Assembly (NCBI GenBank): GCA_001244265.2
Contig: CDLV01000017.1
Coordinates: 248,001-312,000 of the forward strand
From: Microbotryum violaceum
Lineage: Eukaryota
DNA length: 64,000 nt
Direction of reading: 5' to 3'
Shown here: piece after piece, positions 14,179 to 29,200 of the stretch
Layout of the letters: each line of letters opens with the position of its first letter
Position numbering within the stretch: the first letter of the stretch is position 1
Notes under the pieces: generated by a model
The model's input: only the letters and a program-made list of their open reading frames with translations
Database searches by the model: none
What the model was told of the DNA's origin: nothing
Made by a program: the position numbers and the translations under genes

Positions 14179-14579
14179 GGTCGTGCATCTGTCGTGACTT
14201 TCTGGGGTTGATAATTTTATTTTCAGATGATTTTCAAGGAATCACAGTGTCTGGTGGAGCTAAGTTTGAAGATGGCAATCACTTCGAGCTAGGAGCTTTG
14301 ACATATGGTTCGCGATTAAGAGGCGACTCACCTTTCTCAAGTTCTAACCGTGTGTCCATGACTCTACTCGAGGAGAATTGTCGGTTGTGATGAAGCATAG
14401 GGCAGCGTTTGACCATTCATGGCGATCGCAGCCAAAAAGCGATCGATCGGTCTTTGCCGTGCCTTTGCCGCGGCGCTGATTGGCGCGCGAGCTGGTCTTT
14501 CTCCTATCAGTTCGATCACTCCCGATCCCCGCACAGTCAGTTGCTGTTCGACTAGCCGGTCACCCCGTTCTACACAACC

Positions 14580-15581
14580 ATGGCACCTACTCCACCAGAT
14601 GTCGCTTCTACAGCACCTGCCCAGGCCTCGTCTGCTCCGCCAGCTTCAGCTTCATCAGGCTCCCCTTCATCGTCCTCGGTCGCACAGGAGACAGAGACCT
14701 TTCCACCGATCGAACCCGGAGCCTCGTTGATCCTCGCCTGGCAAATCAAGAACAAACGCGTGCTCCTCGTCGGAGGTGGCGTCGTCGCAGCAGGTCGTCT
14801 CTACGCTCTCCTCAACGCCAACGCGATCGTTACTCTCATCGCCCCCTCGTCGCATCTCTCTCCCGAAGTCCAAGCCAGGATCAACGACCCTTCCCTCTCT
14901 ACATCGTTGACCTACTTCGATCGCAAGTTTCAAGGCGAGGACGATCTACAAGGCTTCGAAATGGTCCTCACCGCGATCGACGAGGCCGGCCTCAGCTCTT
15001 CCATTTGCGAGATGTGTCGCCAGAGAAGAATCCCCGTCAACGTCGCTGATGTACCTCCCGAATGCGATTTCTACTTTGGGTCCATCGTTCGAAGGGGTCC
15101 TCTACAAATCATGGTTTCGACGGGTGGGAAAGGTCCCCGGATCGCGAATCGGATAAGGAGGTCGATCGAAGAGACTTTACCCGATCAAGTCGGCGAAGCG
15201 ATCGAGAACGTCGGCAGACTACGAGCCGATCTGAGAAAAGTCGCGAATGGGAAGGATACGAAAACGATCGCGAGGAGGATGGACTGGATGATCCGGGTGT
15301 GCGACAAGTGGTCTTTGGCTCAACTTTCCGCGATGGACGATCGGATGAGGGAAGATATTCTCGATGGGTGGGAGGAAGGGATCGCCAAAGGTTTTTACGA
15401 CGTCAATGGTGGAGTCGTCGGCAAGGTCGCGAGCAAGCTCAAGCTGGATCGATGTCCGATGAGGGATATTCCTGATGGGAGACCGAGTCGGTGTCCGTTC
15501 CTCGTTGGCAGTTCGGGCTTCTTCTTGGGTATTGGCACGGCCGTCGCGGCTTTTGCCATGTTCAGTAGACAATGGAATTGA
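14580..15581 (+). CDS. MET8: Siroheme biosynthesis precorrin-2 dehydrogenase/sirohydrochlorin ferrochelatase
   Basis: SLILAWQIKNKRVLLVGGGVVA, IPVNVADVPPECDFYFGS, LQIMVSTGGKGPRIA and RRMDWM…CD-W motifs; intronless 333 aa. Confidence 0.93.
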   Translation: MAPTPPDVASTAPAQASSAPPASASSGSPSSSSVAQETETFPPIEPGASLILAWQIKNKRVLLVGGGVVAAGRLYALLNANAIVTLIAPSSHLSPEVQARINDPSLSTSLTYFDRKFQGEDDLQGFEMVLTAIDEAGLSSSICEMCRQRRIPVNVADVPPECDFYFGSIVRRGPLQIMVSTGGKGPRIANRIRRSIEETLPDQVGEAIENVGRLRADLRKVANGKDTKTIARRMDWMIRVCDKWSLAQLSAMDDRMREDILDGWEEGIAKGFYDVNGGVVGKVASKLKLDRCPMRDIPDGRPSRCPFLVGSSGFFLGIGTAVAAFAMFSRQWN

Positions 15582-16208
15582 GCGACCATATGATGTTTGG
15601 CTTTTCAATACGATGTTGGGATGTTCACTAGTTCACCCAACTCTTTGGGTCTGCTCGGTCGAAGTGGCACTGCCAGTCTAGCATTCCAGGAAAGAAAGGA
15701 ACGAGGACACAAAAGCCACGAAGAGGGTATTGAAGCAAAAGACGAAGTGAATATTGGGCACGTCTGGAGCTAAAGAGTGCAGGAAAAGCGCAATCGAATC
15801 AAAGAGAGCAGCAACGTATATATCTGTCGAGAGTCGCATTCACGAGGATTGGAAGGGAGGGCTGAGCCAACTTTCCCGACTGGCTTCATCGGTAGGGTCC
15901 GCGGTCGTCCTCACCGCACTATGAGAGTATGATAGGGGACGTCAGCGTTGTTCCACAAAGCTACGATATTCACTGCTACCCATGCCATAGAATTCACCGG
16001 AGAAGAAATTGGTAAGGCGTGAACGTATCCGCCTTCGCATCCTCCTTCGGCGCGTTGCGGGGGTTATAGCTCCCCGTAAATTTAAGTCGCTTCCAAGCAA
16101 AAGGGAATGGGCCACGATTGGTGACAGCCGCATCACGAGCGACGTTCACGTCGCCGTAGATGTAGCCGACTGTCCGGACCGAAGCGTAGGATTGGCTCTT
16201 GCGACGAG

Positions 16209-16395
16209 TGTTGCAACAAGGACTAAGAGGTACTCCACGACTCAGCTCCGAGATACACGAGTGAGATGATGAGAATAGCGTGGAGAAGGAACCCAGAAAG
16301 AAAAAAGACGCAAAGACAAAGATAGGCGCACGCAGAATAAAGTATTAACCAAGACTAATAGCAATGAGTTAGGCTCTCAGACCCCACTTCTAACA
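16209..16395 (-). repeat. Copia 3' LTR (187 bp)
   Basis: tgttgcaaca…cttctaaca, preceded on the minus strand by the purine-rich tract GGTGGGAG. Confidence 0.95.
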
Positions 16396-16399
16396 CTCC

Positions 16400-16866
16400 C
16401 ACCGGTCAAAGAGACTAACGAGACCATTCCAAGTAGTGCACAAAGTTGATCAAAGCGTTGAAATCCCAAAGGCTTCGTCATAATATCAGCGGCATTGACG
16501 TGGGTAGGGCAGTATTCAAGTTTGACCTCGCCAGAAGCAACCCGTTCTCGAACGAACAAATGAGCAATGTTGAAGTGCTTGGTTCGCATGTGATCGACCG
16601 GATCCTTGGCGATCTGGATGCATGCGGCGTTGTCCTCTTGAATGATAGTAGGCTGTGCTTGTGGAATGCCGACATCACCAGCCAAACGACGGAACCAGAT
16701 TGCTTCACAAGTGGCTGAGGATGCAGAGAGGATTTTGGCTTTGGTAGTGGATGTAGCGATCATAAATTGTTGCTTCAACTGCCAGGAGATAACGCCGGAG
16801 GATGTAATCTTTGGTGCGATAAATTTCGAAGCCCAGGAAGTAGGAGACGGGTCCGAGACACTTGAG
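16400..16866 (-). pseudogene. Copia RT fragment and RNase H (distal side of the Gypsy insertion; internal RT deletion)
   Basis: LGPVSYFLGFEIYR, then directly GVISWQ…IATSTT…IQEDNAACI…RTKHFNIAHLFVRE…NAADIMTKPL. Confidence 0.9.
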
Positions 16867-17089
16867 TGTAAGGCCCGTGCGCCTGGGCCTTAGGAAGAGG
16901 GGACGCGCGCCTGGGCACTCTTAGTCTCTCTCCAGCGACTGATACGAGTGTCCAGGTGAGCACAAGGTGGATCAGAAGGCATTGTCATACCAGCGACTGA
17001 TACGAGTGTCCAGTGTCAATTCTACATACTTTGGTCCTGTGATCCTTGTCGTCGTCGCTCAGGTGTACACTCCAACGGGGTGTATTACA
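16867..17089 (+). repeat. Gypsy LTR-a (lacks the first 39 nt of the 262-bp LTR)
   Basis: tgtaaggccc…tgtattaca; contains an internal 24-bp direct repeat ccagcgactgatacgagtgtccag. Confidence 0.93.
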
Positions 17090-17186
17090 CTTTTTTTTTC
17101 ACAAGAGGTCAAAGACGCACACTGCCACGTGCGCCAGCGACACACCCACGGAACGAACAAACGACAACGAACGGTAACAGACGAAC

Positions 17187-18464
17187 ATGGCGCGTGGCAA
17201 GAACTCCAAGAACTCCACCGCCCAACCAGCGCCACCATCGGCACCAGAGGAAAGGGAGGACAGCTCGGACGATGAACAGGAGGTTGCAACGATGCCAAGG
17301 GGCATGAAGCTCAGCGCGCCCAAGCTTGCGAACGGCACGAAACTCACTCTCTCCTCGATCCGCGCATTCCTCAACGACATGGACAACATGTTCTTCCAGT
17401 ACCAAGTGAAGAACATGCGACTAAAGATAATGTTCATCGCCAACCACATTGAACACGAGGCGCTCAAGGATTGGCTGGTGACGGCGACGGAGGAACGCAC
17501 GTGGGACGAGCTTAAGGTCGCCTTCATCCGCAAGGCACTACCCTTGGATTTCGCCTTCACGACAGAGCAGCGTATTCGCCACAGCCACCAAGGCAACCAC
17601 GACTACGCGACGTGGGCTTCGGGACTTCGGGCCTCACAGCTGCAGCTCGGCCAGACCGCCCTCAGCGACATCGAGTTCATCAAGATCCTACTGTTCAACA
17701 TGGACCCTCAATTGAGCGTTGTTCTACGACAGAACGACCTTCTGTTGGGTACTGGCCTACACCAAGATGATTTAGACTACGTGGCGGCTTCAAAGGCGGC
17801 GCTCCCCAAGCTCAAGACATTATCTTACGAGGTGTTCGAGCGATTGGCAAGATCCCAATGGAATGTGATCATAGCGGTTCGTCCTGTAGCAACTCCCGAA
17901 CGAAACCTCGACTACGAGCCCAAAGACCAGCTCTGGCCGACCTTTCGTGACCTCGGCGACCACTCGACGCAGGCCGACGAGATTCACGGACCCGATGAAG
18001 GATTATCTCTCGGAGAAGGAGGGATGCTTTAGCTGCAGACGCATCAACACGGATCACCGCGCGAGCGACTGTACAGCCAACTGGCAGCAGGCACCGGATG
18101 TCCCGGAGGGGTGGGCCGAATTCGAAAAGAAGACGGCGAAAGCGGCTAAGAACGACACCCTCCATCAAATTGCGGAAAACTCAGAAGACGACATCTCAAC
18201 GGACGAAGAAAACGAGTACGCCCCTCAGTTCATCTCCACCATTCCCATCACTCTGCACAACAACACGAAGTCAAAGACGTTGCAGGCACTTGCTGACTCT
18301 GGGGCCTCTTCCTCCTTTATCGCAGATAAGGTGGTTGAGAAACTGGGGTTAGTCATGCATCGTCTCCCTGTTCCTACATTGGTCAAAACTGCAATCAAAG
18401 GCCAAGCACGCGCGTTTCATGTTACCTCGTTTGTAAAGATTCCGATCACGCTCGAGAATGGCGC
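17187..18464 (+). pseudogene. Gypsy gag, zinc knuckle and N-terminal half of the aspartic protease (one frameshift near 17900)
   Basis: Gag-like [31 protein letters not shown] and [12 protein letters not shown]. Confidence 0.88.
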
Positions 18465-18792
18465 GTGCTTGGCCTTTGATTGCAGTTTTGACCAATGTAG
18501 GAACAGGGAGACGATGCATGACTAACCCCAGTTTCTCAACCACCTTATCTGCGATAAAGGAGGAAGAGGCCCCAGAGTCAGCAAGTGCCTGCAACGTCTT
18601 TGACTTCGTGTTGTTGTGCAGAGTGATGGGAATGGTGGAGATGAACTGAGGGGCGTACTCGTTTTCTTCGTCCGTTGAGATGTCGTCTTCTGAGTTTTCC
18701 GCAATTTGATGGAGGGTGTCGTTCTTAGCCGCTTTCGCCGTCTTCTTTTCGAATTCGGCCCACCCCTCCGGGACATCCGGTGCCTGCTGCAG
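18081..18792. repeat. Fold-back inverted repeat, ~333-bp arms with a 47-nt spacer
   Basis: 18461-18792 is the reverse complement of 18081-18413 (one G missing at the outer end); junction microhomology GCGC. Confidence 0.95.
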
Positions 18793-19054
18793 TGTAATAC
18801 ACCCCGTTGGAGTGTACACCTGAGCGACGACGACAAGGATCACAGGACCAAAGTATGTAGAATTGACACTGGACACTCGTATCAGTCGCTGGTATGACAA
18901 TGCCTTCTGATCCACCTTGTGCTCACCTGGACACTCGTATCAGTCGCTGGAGAGAGACTAAGAGTGCCCAGGCGCGCGTCCCCTCTTCCTAAGGCCCAGG
19001 CGCACGGGCCTTACACTCTCCACCACCTAAACCAAACTCCCCTCCCTCCTTACA
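18793..19054 (-). repeat. Gypsy LTR-b, full length 262 bp, preceded by PPT GGAGGGGAGGG (19055-19065)
   Basis: Reverse complement of LTR-a plus 39 additional 5' nt starting TGTAAGGAGG; lies directly downstream of the chromodomain. Confidence 0.93.
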
Positions 19055-19069
19055 CCCTCCCCTCCTTGC

Positions 19070-22367
<3,298 letters not shown>

Positions 22368-22558
22368 TGTAAGGAGGGAGGGGAGTTTGGTTTAGGTGGT
22401 GGAGAGTGTAAGGCCCGTGCGCCTGGGCCTTAGGAAGAGGGGACACGCACCTGGGCACTCTTAGTCTCTCTCCAGCGACTGATACAAGTGTCCAGGTGAG
22501 CACAAGGTGGATCAGAAGGCATTGTCATACCAGCGACTGATACAAGTGTCCAGTGTCA
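22368..22558 (+). repeat. Gypsy LTR-c (intact 5' terminus, 3'-truncated by 71 nt)
   Basis: Starts TGTAAGGAGG directly after the inverted protease sequence and ends …GTGTCA; carries four CpG G>A changes relative to LTR-a and LTR-b. Confidence 0.92.
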
Positions 22559-25500
22559 ACTTGAGCTGGAAGGCCTTGTGAAGCGATCCGAGCTCGGAGT
22601 CCAAGAAGGACTGATTGTTGGACGCAATGAGACCGTTGTCAACATAGAGAGTGATGATAGCAAACGAAGTGCCCGAATGTTTGATGTAGAGGCAAGCATT
22701 GGCAGTTGCCTTCATGTAGCCTCAAGACACCATGAGATCGTTGACGGCTTGATACCATTCACGGGGCGCCTGTTTGGTGCCATACATGGAACCCACGAGC
22801 TTAAGGCACTTGCCAGGGGATTGAGGACGATTCCATCCTTTTGGGTATCGAACATAGACATCCTTGGTCATCTTGCCGTTGAGACAAGGCGCAGTTGAAA
22901 TCGAACTGTTTGAGATACAGGCCCTGAGCAGCAGCCAGAGCAATCAAGAACAAAATTGTCGAAGAACGAGCGACAGGAGCGTAGGTGTCATGGTAGTCGA
23001 TGCCTGGGCGTTGAGCAAATCCTTGAGCAACGAGACGAGCTTTGAAACGAATGATTTTGCCGTTTGCATCGCGCTTGATACTGTAGACCCAGATTGTGCC
23101 GAGTACCCGAATTCCTTTGTGCCACTTGACTTCCTGAAAGACTCCATGATGATCAAATTGTAGAAGTTCTGAGACCATTGCCGCACTCCAATGGTTGCGA
23201 TAGGGTGACTTCATGGCTTCCTCAAATGTCTTGGGTATCTTGATGTCTTCTTCGGCAAACACGGCAGCACAGTAGGCATTGTAGGAAAGCTTGTCGTGGA
23301 ACATGGGTGGAGTATCCAAGACATTGACCATGATAGCCAAAATGATGGGAAGTATATTTTCCGGAGGTTGAGATCGACGACAAGAACCAGCAGGAAGGAT
23401 GTTGGAAGGATCAACATTCTCGAATTGGCCAGGATTTGGACCAGTGCAAACGATGGCGTAACCTTCACGAGGAGCGAGAGCGACTTCCGCCTCACCGTCG
23501 AGTGGTTCTTGAGGAATGACTGCAAGATACCCCCCTGTTGACCAACTCCAATTGGAACCACCGGAGGAGGCTGTGGATCCGGCAAAGTTGGATCCACAAC
23601 AGGTGAAGTTGGTGTAGACGGCAACACATCTGGCGGAGGATGAGGAGGATGAGGAGGTTGAGAATGATGAACGGGATCAGAAGCGTCCGCACGATCTTGA
23701 GACGAAGTGACGACGGAAGGAGTCTCAAGGAATGTGACGTGACGCGAAACGTAGACCTGTTTCGACGATTGGACCCAGACACGGTAGTTGTATTCACCGG
23801 AGTACCCGATGAAAACTCCCTGAATGGAGCAAGGTGCAAGCTTGGAGCGACGCTCCTTGGGAACGTGGACAAACGCCGTAGATCCGAATGGCTGAAGATG
23901 AGCCAGACTAGGCTTCTTGCCGAGAAGAACTTCGATTGCCGTTTTTCCTTGAATACGAGGATGTGGTTGACAATTGAGAACAAATGTCGCGACGGCCAGA
24001 GCATCTGACCAGAATCGCATGGGAAGACCGGAGTTGAGGAGCATTGATTGAACAAGACCCATGAGAGATCCATTGAGTCGCTCTACTTGACCATTTTGCT
24101 CCGGAGTATAGGGGGCCGTGAATTCCACGATGATGCCCTGCTTTTCAAGAAGAGCCCGGAACAATGAGTTGTCAAATTCACGACCATTGTCCGATCTGAC
24201 CCTCTTGATTTTCTGACCCGTTTGACGCTCGGACTCGGCTTGAAATTTCGACCATGCTTCGATAATCGTCTCAGCCCTCTTGTCCTTTAGCACGATCATC
24301 CATTTAGCCGTCAAATACTGATCCACGATAGCGAGATAGATAGTATCGCCATGGTGATTGGGATGTTTGACAAACCCGAGATCAATGAAGACGCGGTAGA
24401 GTGCATGAGGCGCTTCGGTACTCTTGTTGGAGAAGGGTGATCGCTTTGACTTGGCCTGGATGCACGAGAAGCAAGGAGTAACCTTTTCGTCCTTCAGAGT
24501 GATGCCAGTGATAGCCCCGGATTTGACGGCCAAAACGATCACCGCAGGAGATTGATGGCCCAACTTCCGACGCGCTTCCATCAACGTACAGGTTCCAGTG
24601 AGACGATTGGCTCCGACCATTGAAGGCGGTGAGGATGACATGATAGGCTGAACGGGAGCTGCATCCATGACAAACCCCGACCAGGAAGCGAGCGCAGAAT
24701 CGACTTGCCGCGGATGCTGAAAATGAGATTGCTTTGGGGACCAACAGCGTACGTCATCGATTCCAACAGACGGTCGATGGAGATAAAACCGCATTGAGCA
24801 CCGGGCATGTAGTAGACCCTCTTAATGGTGATACGAGCGCCATATGAGGTAAGAAACGTTCACTGAGCCATGACCGGGAGATTCGATTTGAGATTGATCG
24901 GCGACAGAAATTTTGAGGCTCAGAGACAACGTCCGATAGGACCGACTTGTCTCCAACGCAATGGACCTTAGCACCCAAGTCAATGATCCATGGAAAACGT
25001 GGCATCGTTCGCGAATAGGGGAAAGTGTAGGTCATCAATGCAGATTCATCTACACCAATGGCAGCTACGTTTGAATTTGAGTCCGAGGAAGCGGGAGCGC
25101 TCGCATCCTTGTTCCTGCTTGGATAGAGACGCCAACCACGCTCGTGTCCCAGTGCTTTGCAGCGCGAACAATACGACTTGGAGTAGTCCTTTTGCGCCGT
25201 GGTGGAAATACGGGCGACGAGGCTAGTATCGTAAACGATCCGAGCGGATAACGATTCCTTTTGTTTGTTTCGGGAATCAGCCATTTCGACGTTCATCAGG
25301 AGTTTCGGATAGAACGTGTTCCAATCCATGTGGATGTCGATGTCGGAGGCAAGGTTCCCAACGATCGAGTCATACTGGGCTGGGAGCGACCGAACGAGCA
25401 TGCCTGCAAACAGCCAATGCGGAAGCGGAGCTCCGAGGTTCTGAAAATCGGTCATGGCGATCTTGACCTTGTTGACAAATTCCTTAAAAGGAGTATCCCC

Positions 25501-26026
25501 AGAGTAAGGTTGCGCTAGAGTGTTGAGGAGGTCCATAGTGCGACTCGGGCGACCGTGAGAGTGGAGACCACGGAGGGTGTCCCACATCTCGTACGCCGAG
25601 GTAAGATGAATCAAGTGAGACATCTGTTCCTCAGAGATCGAATTGGCGATGTACTTGCATGCCAAATCGTTGCGGCGGATGGCCCGTTCGCGATATTCCG
25701 CGACCTTGTCCGCAGCTTGAACGCTGGTGAGCCTGGGCGAGGCATCCGAGTGCGCAGAACCAGAGCCCCCCCCCCCCCCCAAGCCCGCTAAAGCCGGAGG
25801 AGGCTGGTTCAACTGGCGCGACGGACGCAGTTGCATGTGCGATAACGAGCGTGGACCGATAGTCCGCGACAAGGGAGTCGATGGATTGATTGACGACATC
25901 CCATACTTTGTCGGCTCGAAGATTGATAAACGCACGTTGTGACCAGCTCTTGTACCCTTGTGTGTCCTTGAGATACAAGCGATTGCCCGACCCGTTGGGG
26001 AAGTCGGATTCGCCCGTTGAGCTCAT
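22559..26026 (-). pseudogene. Copia gag-pol (gag, protease, integrase, N-terminal RT), frameshifted
   Basis: SAYEMWDTLR, CSRCKALGH, WIIDLGA, CFSCIQAK, VRSDNGREF, PEQNGQVERLN, FKARLVAQGFAQRPGIDY and LYVDN. One frameshift lies in the C15 run at 25766-25780. Confidence 0.93.
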
Positions 26027-26030
26027 AACC
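26021..26030 (-). other. Copia primer-binding site (GGTTATGAGC), overlapping the gag ATG
   Basis: Directly follows the 5' LTR and resembles the GGTTATG-type PBS used with initiator tRNA-Met half-molecules by copia/Ty5-like elements. Confidence 0.75.
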
Positions 26031-26220
26031 TGTTGCAACAAGGACTAAGAGGTACTCCACGACTCAGCTCCGAGATACACGAGTGAGATGATGAGAATAG
26101 CGTGGAGAAGGAACCCAGAAGGAAAAAAAGACGCAAAGACAAAGATAGGCGCGCGCCCAGAATAAAGTATTAACCAAGACTAATAGAAATGAGTTAGGCT
26201 CTCAGACCCCACTTCTAACA
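26031..26220 (-). repeat. Copia 5' LTR (190 bp)
   Basis: Matches 16209-16395 with a few substitutions and small indels. Confidence 0.95.
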
Positions 26221-29200
26221 ACGAGGTGCGAGATGCGAGTCCTCGAGAGGGTTGTTGGTCTCGAGGAAGCCCTGGTCGAGGTCGAGGTCACCGTCCTCGA
26301 GCGAGCGACGACTCAAGTCGGCGTTGTTCTCCGGTGAGATGGTAGGCTTGAAGGTCGTGTTCGCGAAGACAAGATCGATGCTGAACGCTCGGCAGGCCTC
26401 TGTGAGAGGCGAGCAAGGCAAAAGCCATCAATATGAAACCCCCAGGCTAGCGGGCACGAGAAAGGAAGCGTACGGAGTCAAGCAGGTACAGCAACTCACG
26501 CGCCAGACGAAAATTAATGGCGACGCCCGATTCCATCTTGTACATCTTGACAGTTGTAGGGCTGAGCTGCGGCGTCTTATCGTCGCCCATGATGAACGGG
26601 TACCGCAGGCCCTTCTCAGTCTGACCGGCAAACCTGTCCGTCTGATCGAGAATCTGCATATCGCCCATGTTACCGGCGAAACCAAAGTAGGGGATCTGGA
26701 ACGACTCCTTGTTGTCGGCGGTGATCATGATAAAACCGCTGTAGAGGGGAAGAGCGAGCGTTGACCGGCAGAGAACTGCGGCGGCTGGAACTTGATCTGG
26801 AACGTCGATGTCTTGCCGGGCTGAATCGTGACTCGTCCGGGGGCGGAAGGTGACCGAAGCGCCCCTCGACAGGGCACCAGGGCTGAGCGAAGGGCTGTAC
26901 TGTCCCTTCTTATCGTACACAAGACGAGTTTGGGCACCCGTGTCAGAGTAACGGTACGTGACCGCTTTCGAGTTCTTGTTGGTAATCGTCACCGTCTGCG
27001 TGGCGGCGAAGTGAGCCGTGTCGTTGAGATACAACTCGTTGGGGCTAAAGTACGATTTGGAATCGAAAGCCTTATCGACCTGGATCAGGCCGCCACCTTG
27101 GAGAACAACGGTCGTCAGGGGGCTCTTGGTCCCCCTCTTGACCGGGATCGACTTGGATGTCGACGATAGGAGTTGACGCATCTCGATCGGTGTGGAATTG
27201 TCCTTCTTGCGAGCGGCCAAAAAAATCAACGCGCAGAGCCCGCAACGAACGGAGAGGCCATCAAAGTACCACTTATGACTCCTACTCCACCAAAAGAGAG
27301 AGGGAAGGTGGACAGGACCCCACCTCCAGGCGCAGCGAGGCTCGGCTGGCCGTAGAGGTCGTTCGTAGGTCCAAATCGACTGAATTCGCTGACCTCCCCA
27401 CCAGAGAGAGTCTACTCTACGCGAAGTTGTTTGATGTTGCTCGGCAAGGTGACCTGGAGACCGCCCTTCTTCTCTTGTGTGAGGTAGTACTTGATCAATT
27501 TGACCCCATCGGCACGTGTCATTCCCCCCACGGCTTTCAGCCCGGTGCCGTCCGCTGTGAAGTAGGGATCGTTCTCTGCACCTTCCGCTCCGTAGACAAT
27601 GACGTATCGGGCACCCTTGGCTGCCAACTTTTTGAGCTCAGTGCTACTGTAGCAAGTACCTCGACGGACGCCAACGACGTGGTTGCGCAAACTCGAGGTC
27701 GACTTGGGTAAAGGCTCGCATGCGTCGTTGTCGACGTTGAGGTCGGTCGAAGTGATGTACAGGGGCATGGGATGATCAACTCCGAGTGGCCTGGCACTGA
27801 ACAAGCTCATCGATGGATAGCCTCTCGTGTTGAAAACCATGTTATACGCAGGGACGACGGTAACCTCGACCGAGGCCGTGCTGATACCATCCTGGGACGC
27901 GGTCGGACTGTTGGCGTAAAACATGCCTTCGGACTGATCGTTGCCCGCCGAGGTGACGACGTGGATCCCTTTAGCGATGAGCTTTTGGACGACGTGTTCG
28001 ACGGAGGAAACGCCCATCCAACCACTAGGAGAGCCCAGACTCATGTTAATTACATCGACGTCGTCCTCCATGGCGCGCAGTAATGATTCCACGGTGACGT
28101 CGTCGGGGGTCGGGCCGGAGCACGGGAAGATGCGGTACATGCCAAGCGTTGCCTTGGGAGCGACACCAGTGAAGCCGTATTTGTTTTGGTTGGCACCGAT
28201 GGTTCCAGAGACTGTTGAAGCAACCATATTAGATGTGGGCAAATGCTGCTGAACGGTGGGAAGACTTGCGCATGGGAAGATCCCGTCAATGCAAGTGCTG
28301 CGCAGGGAATCCCAAGGCACCGTGGACGACTAACCGTGAGTACCATGGGAGCTGCAATTGGAGTAAGGGTCGGGTTTACTCGTGGGTGTTCCTTTATCGG
28401 TCACGAAGGAATGACCAAAGCCCACCTTGGAGCCTTTCCCAAACCATCCGCCGAGGATCGGGTTCTTGTAATCCACACCCGTGTCGATGACGAGGATTCG
28501 GATGCCAGAGCCGAGGTAGCCCTTGGCGTGGAGCTTGTCAACGCCGGTCATTTGATGAGGTGGGAACTGACAGTTCTCGAAATCCTTCTTGGCTCGACGC
28601 TGGAGTAGGTGTCGTCGGACGACTTTCTCATTCTCGACTCCAACAATACCTCTCGGAGCTGATGTGAAGCTGTGTGGATGGGGAATGTTTCGGACCGGCC
28701 AAACGTGCTATAGGGCAGTGTATGCGACCGCTTCAATATCCATACATCCCCTCTTATAGTAAAAATATTTAGAGTAGCTGGGTGGCTCACCGTGACACCC
28801 GGGATCGCAAGTAGGTCGGCGGCGGTGGTGCTCTCGGGCACCGAAATACTCGCCCCAGTGAGCACTCCGGGCGATTGGAAAACCTTCTTGGTCTCGACAT
28901 TGATGCCTTTGCTGTTGAGCTTTCTTATGACACCGGAGATTGCCTGAGATGAATATGGGCAGAATCGCAGACGTCAGCCTCACATGACCAAGGTTGAAGT
29001 CCCCTGCGCGGAGATCGTCGGCTTCCTTCAACTCGTCCTGACGCGCCGAGTTGCGCCAACACTGCAAACATTGTCGGACGGGATCCAGTAGGCTTAGCTG
29101 TGTCCCACTAGCTAGACGAGATGAGCTTACCACTTCCGAGGCGCGCTTGCTCAGAATACTACTTGAACCACCGACAGCAATGATGTAGCGACCGGGGATG

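Noticed and set aside
18349-18915. 188-aa minus-strand ORF as an independent protease gene
   Set aside because: It is a by-product of the fold-back: LTR sequence fused to the duplicated protease fragment.
25766-25780. Programmed frameshift in Copia gag at the C15/G15 run
   Set aside because: It lies early in gag of an element with many other lesions; homopolymer slippage or a sequencing error is more likely.
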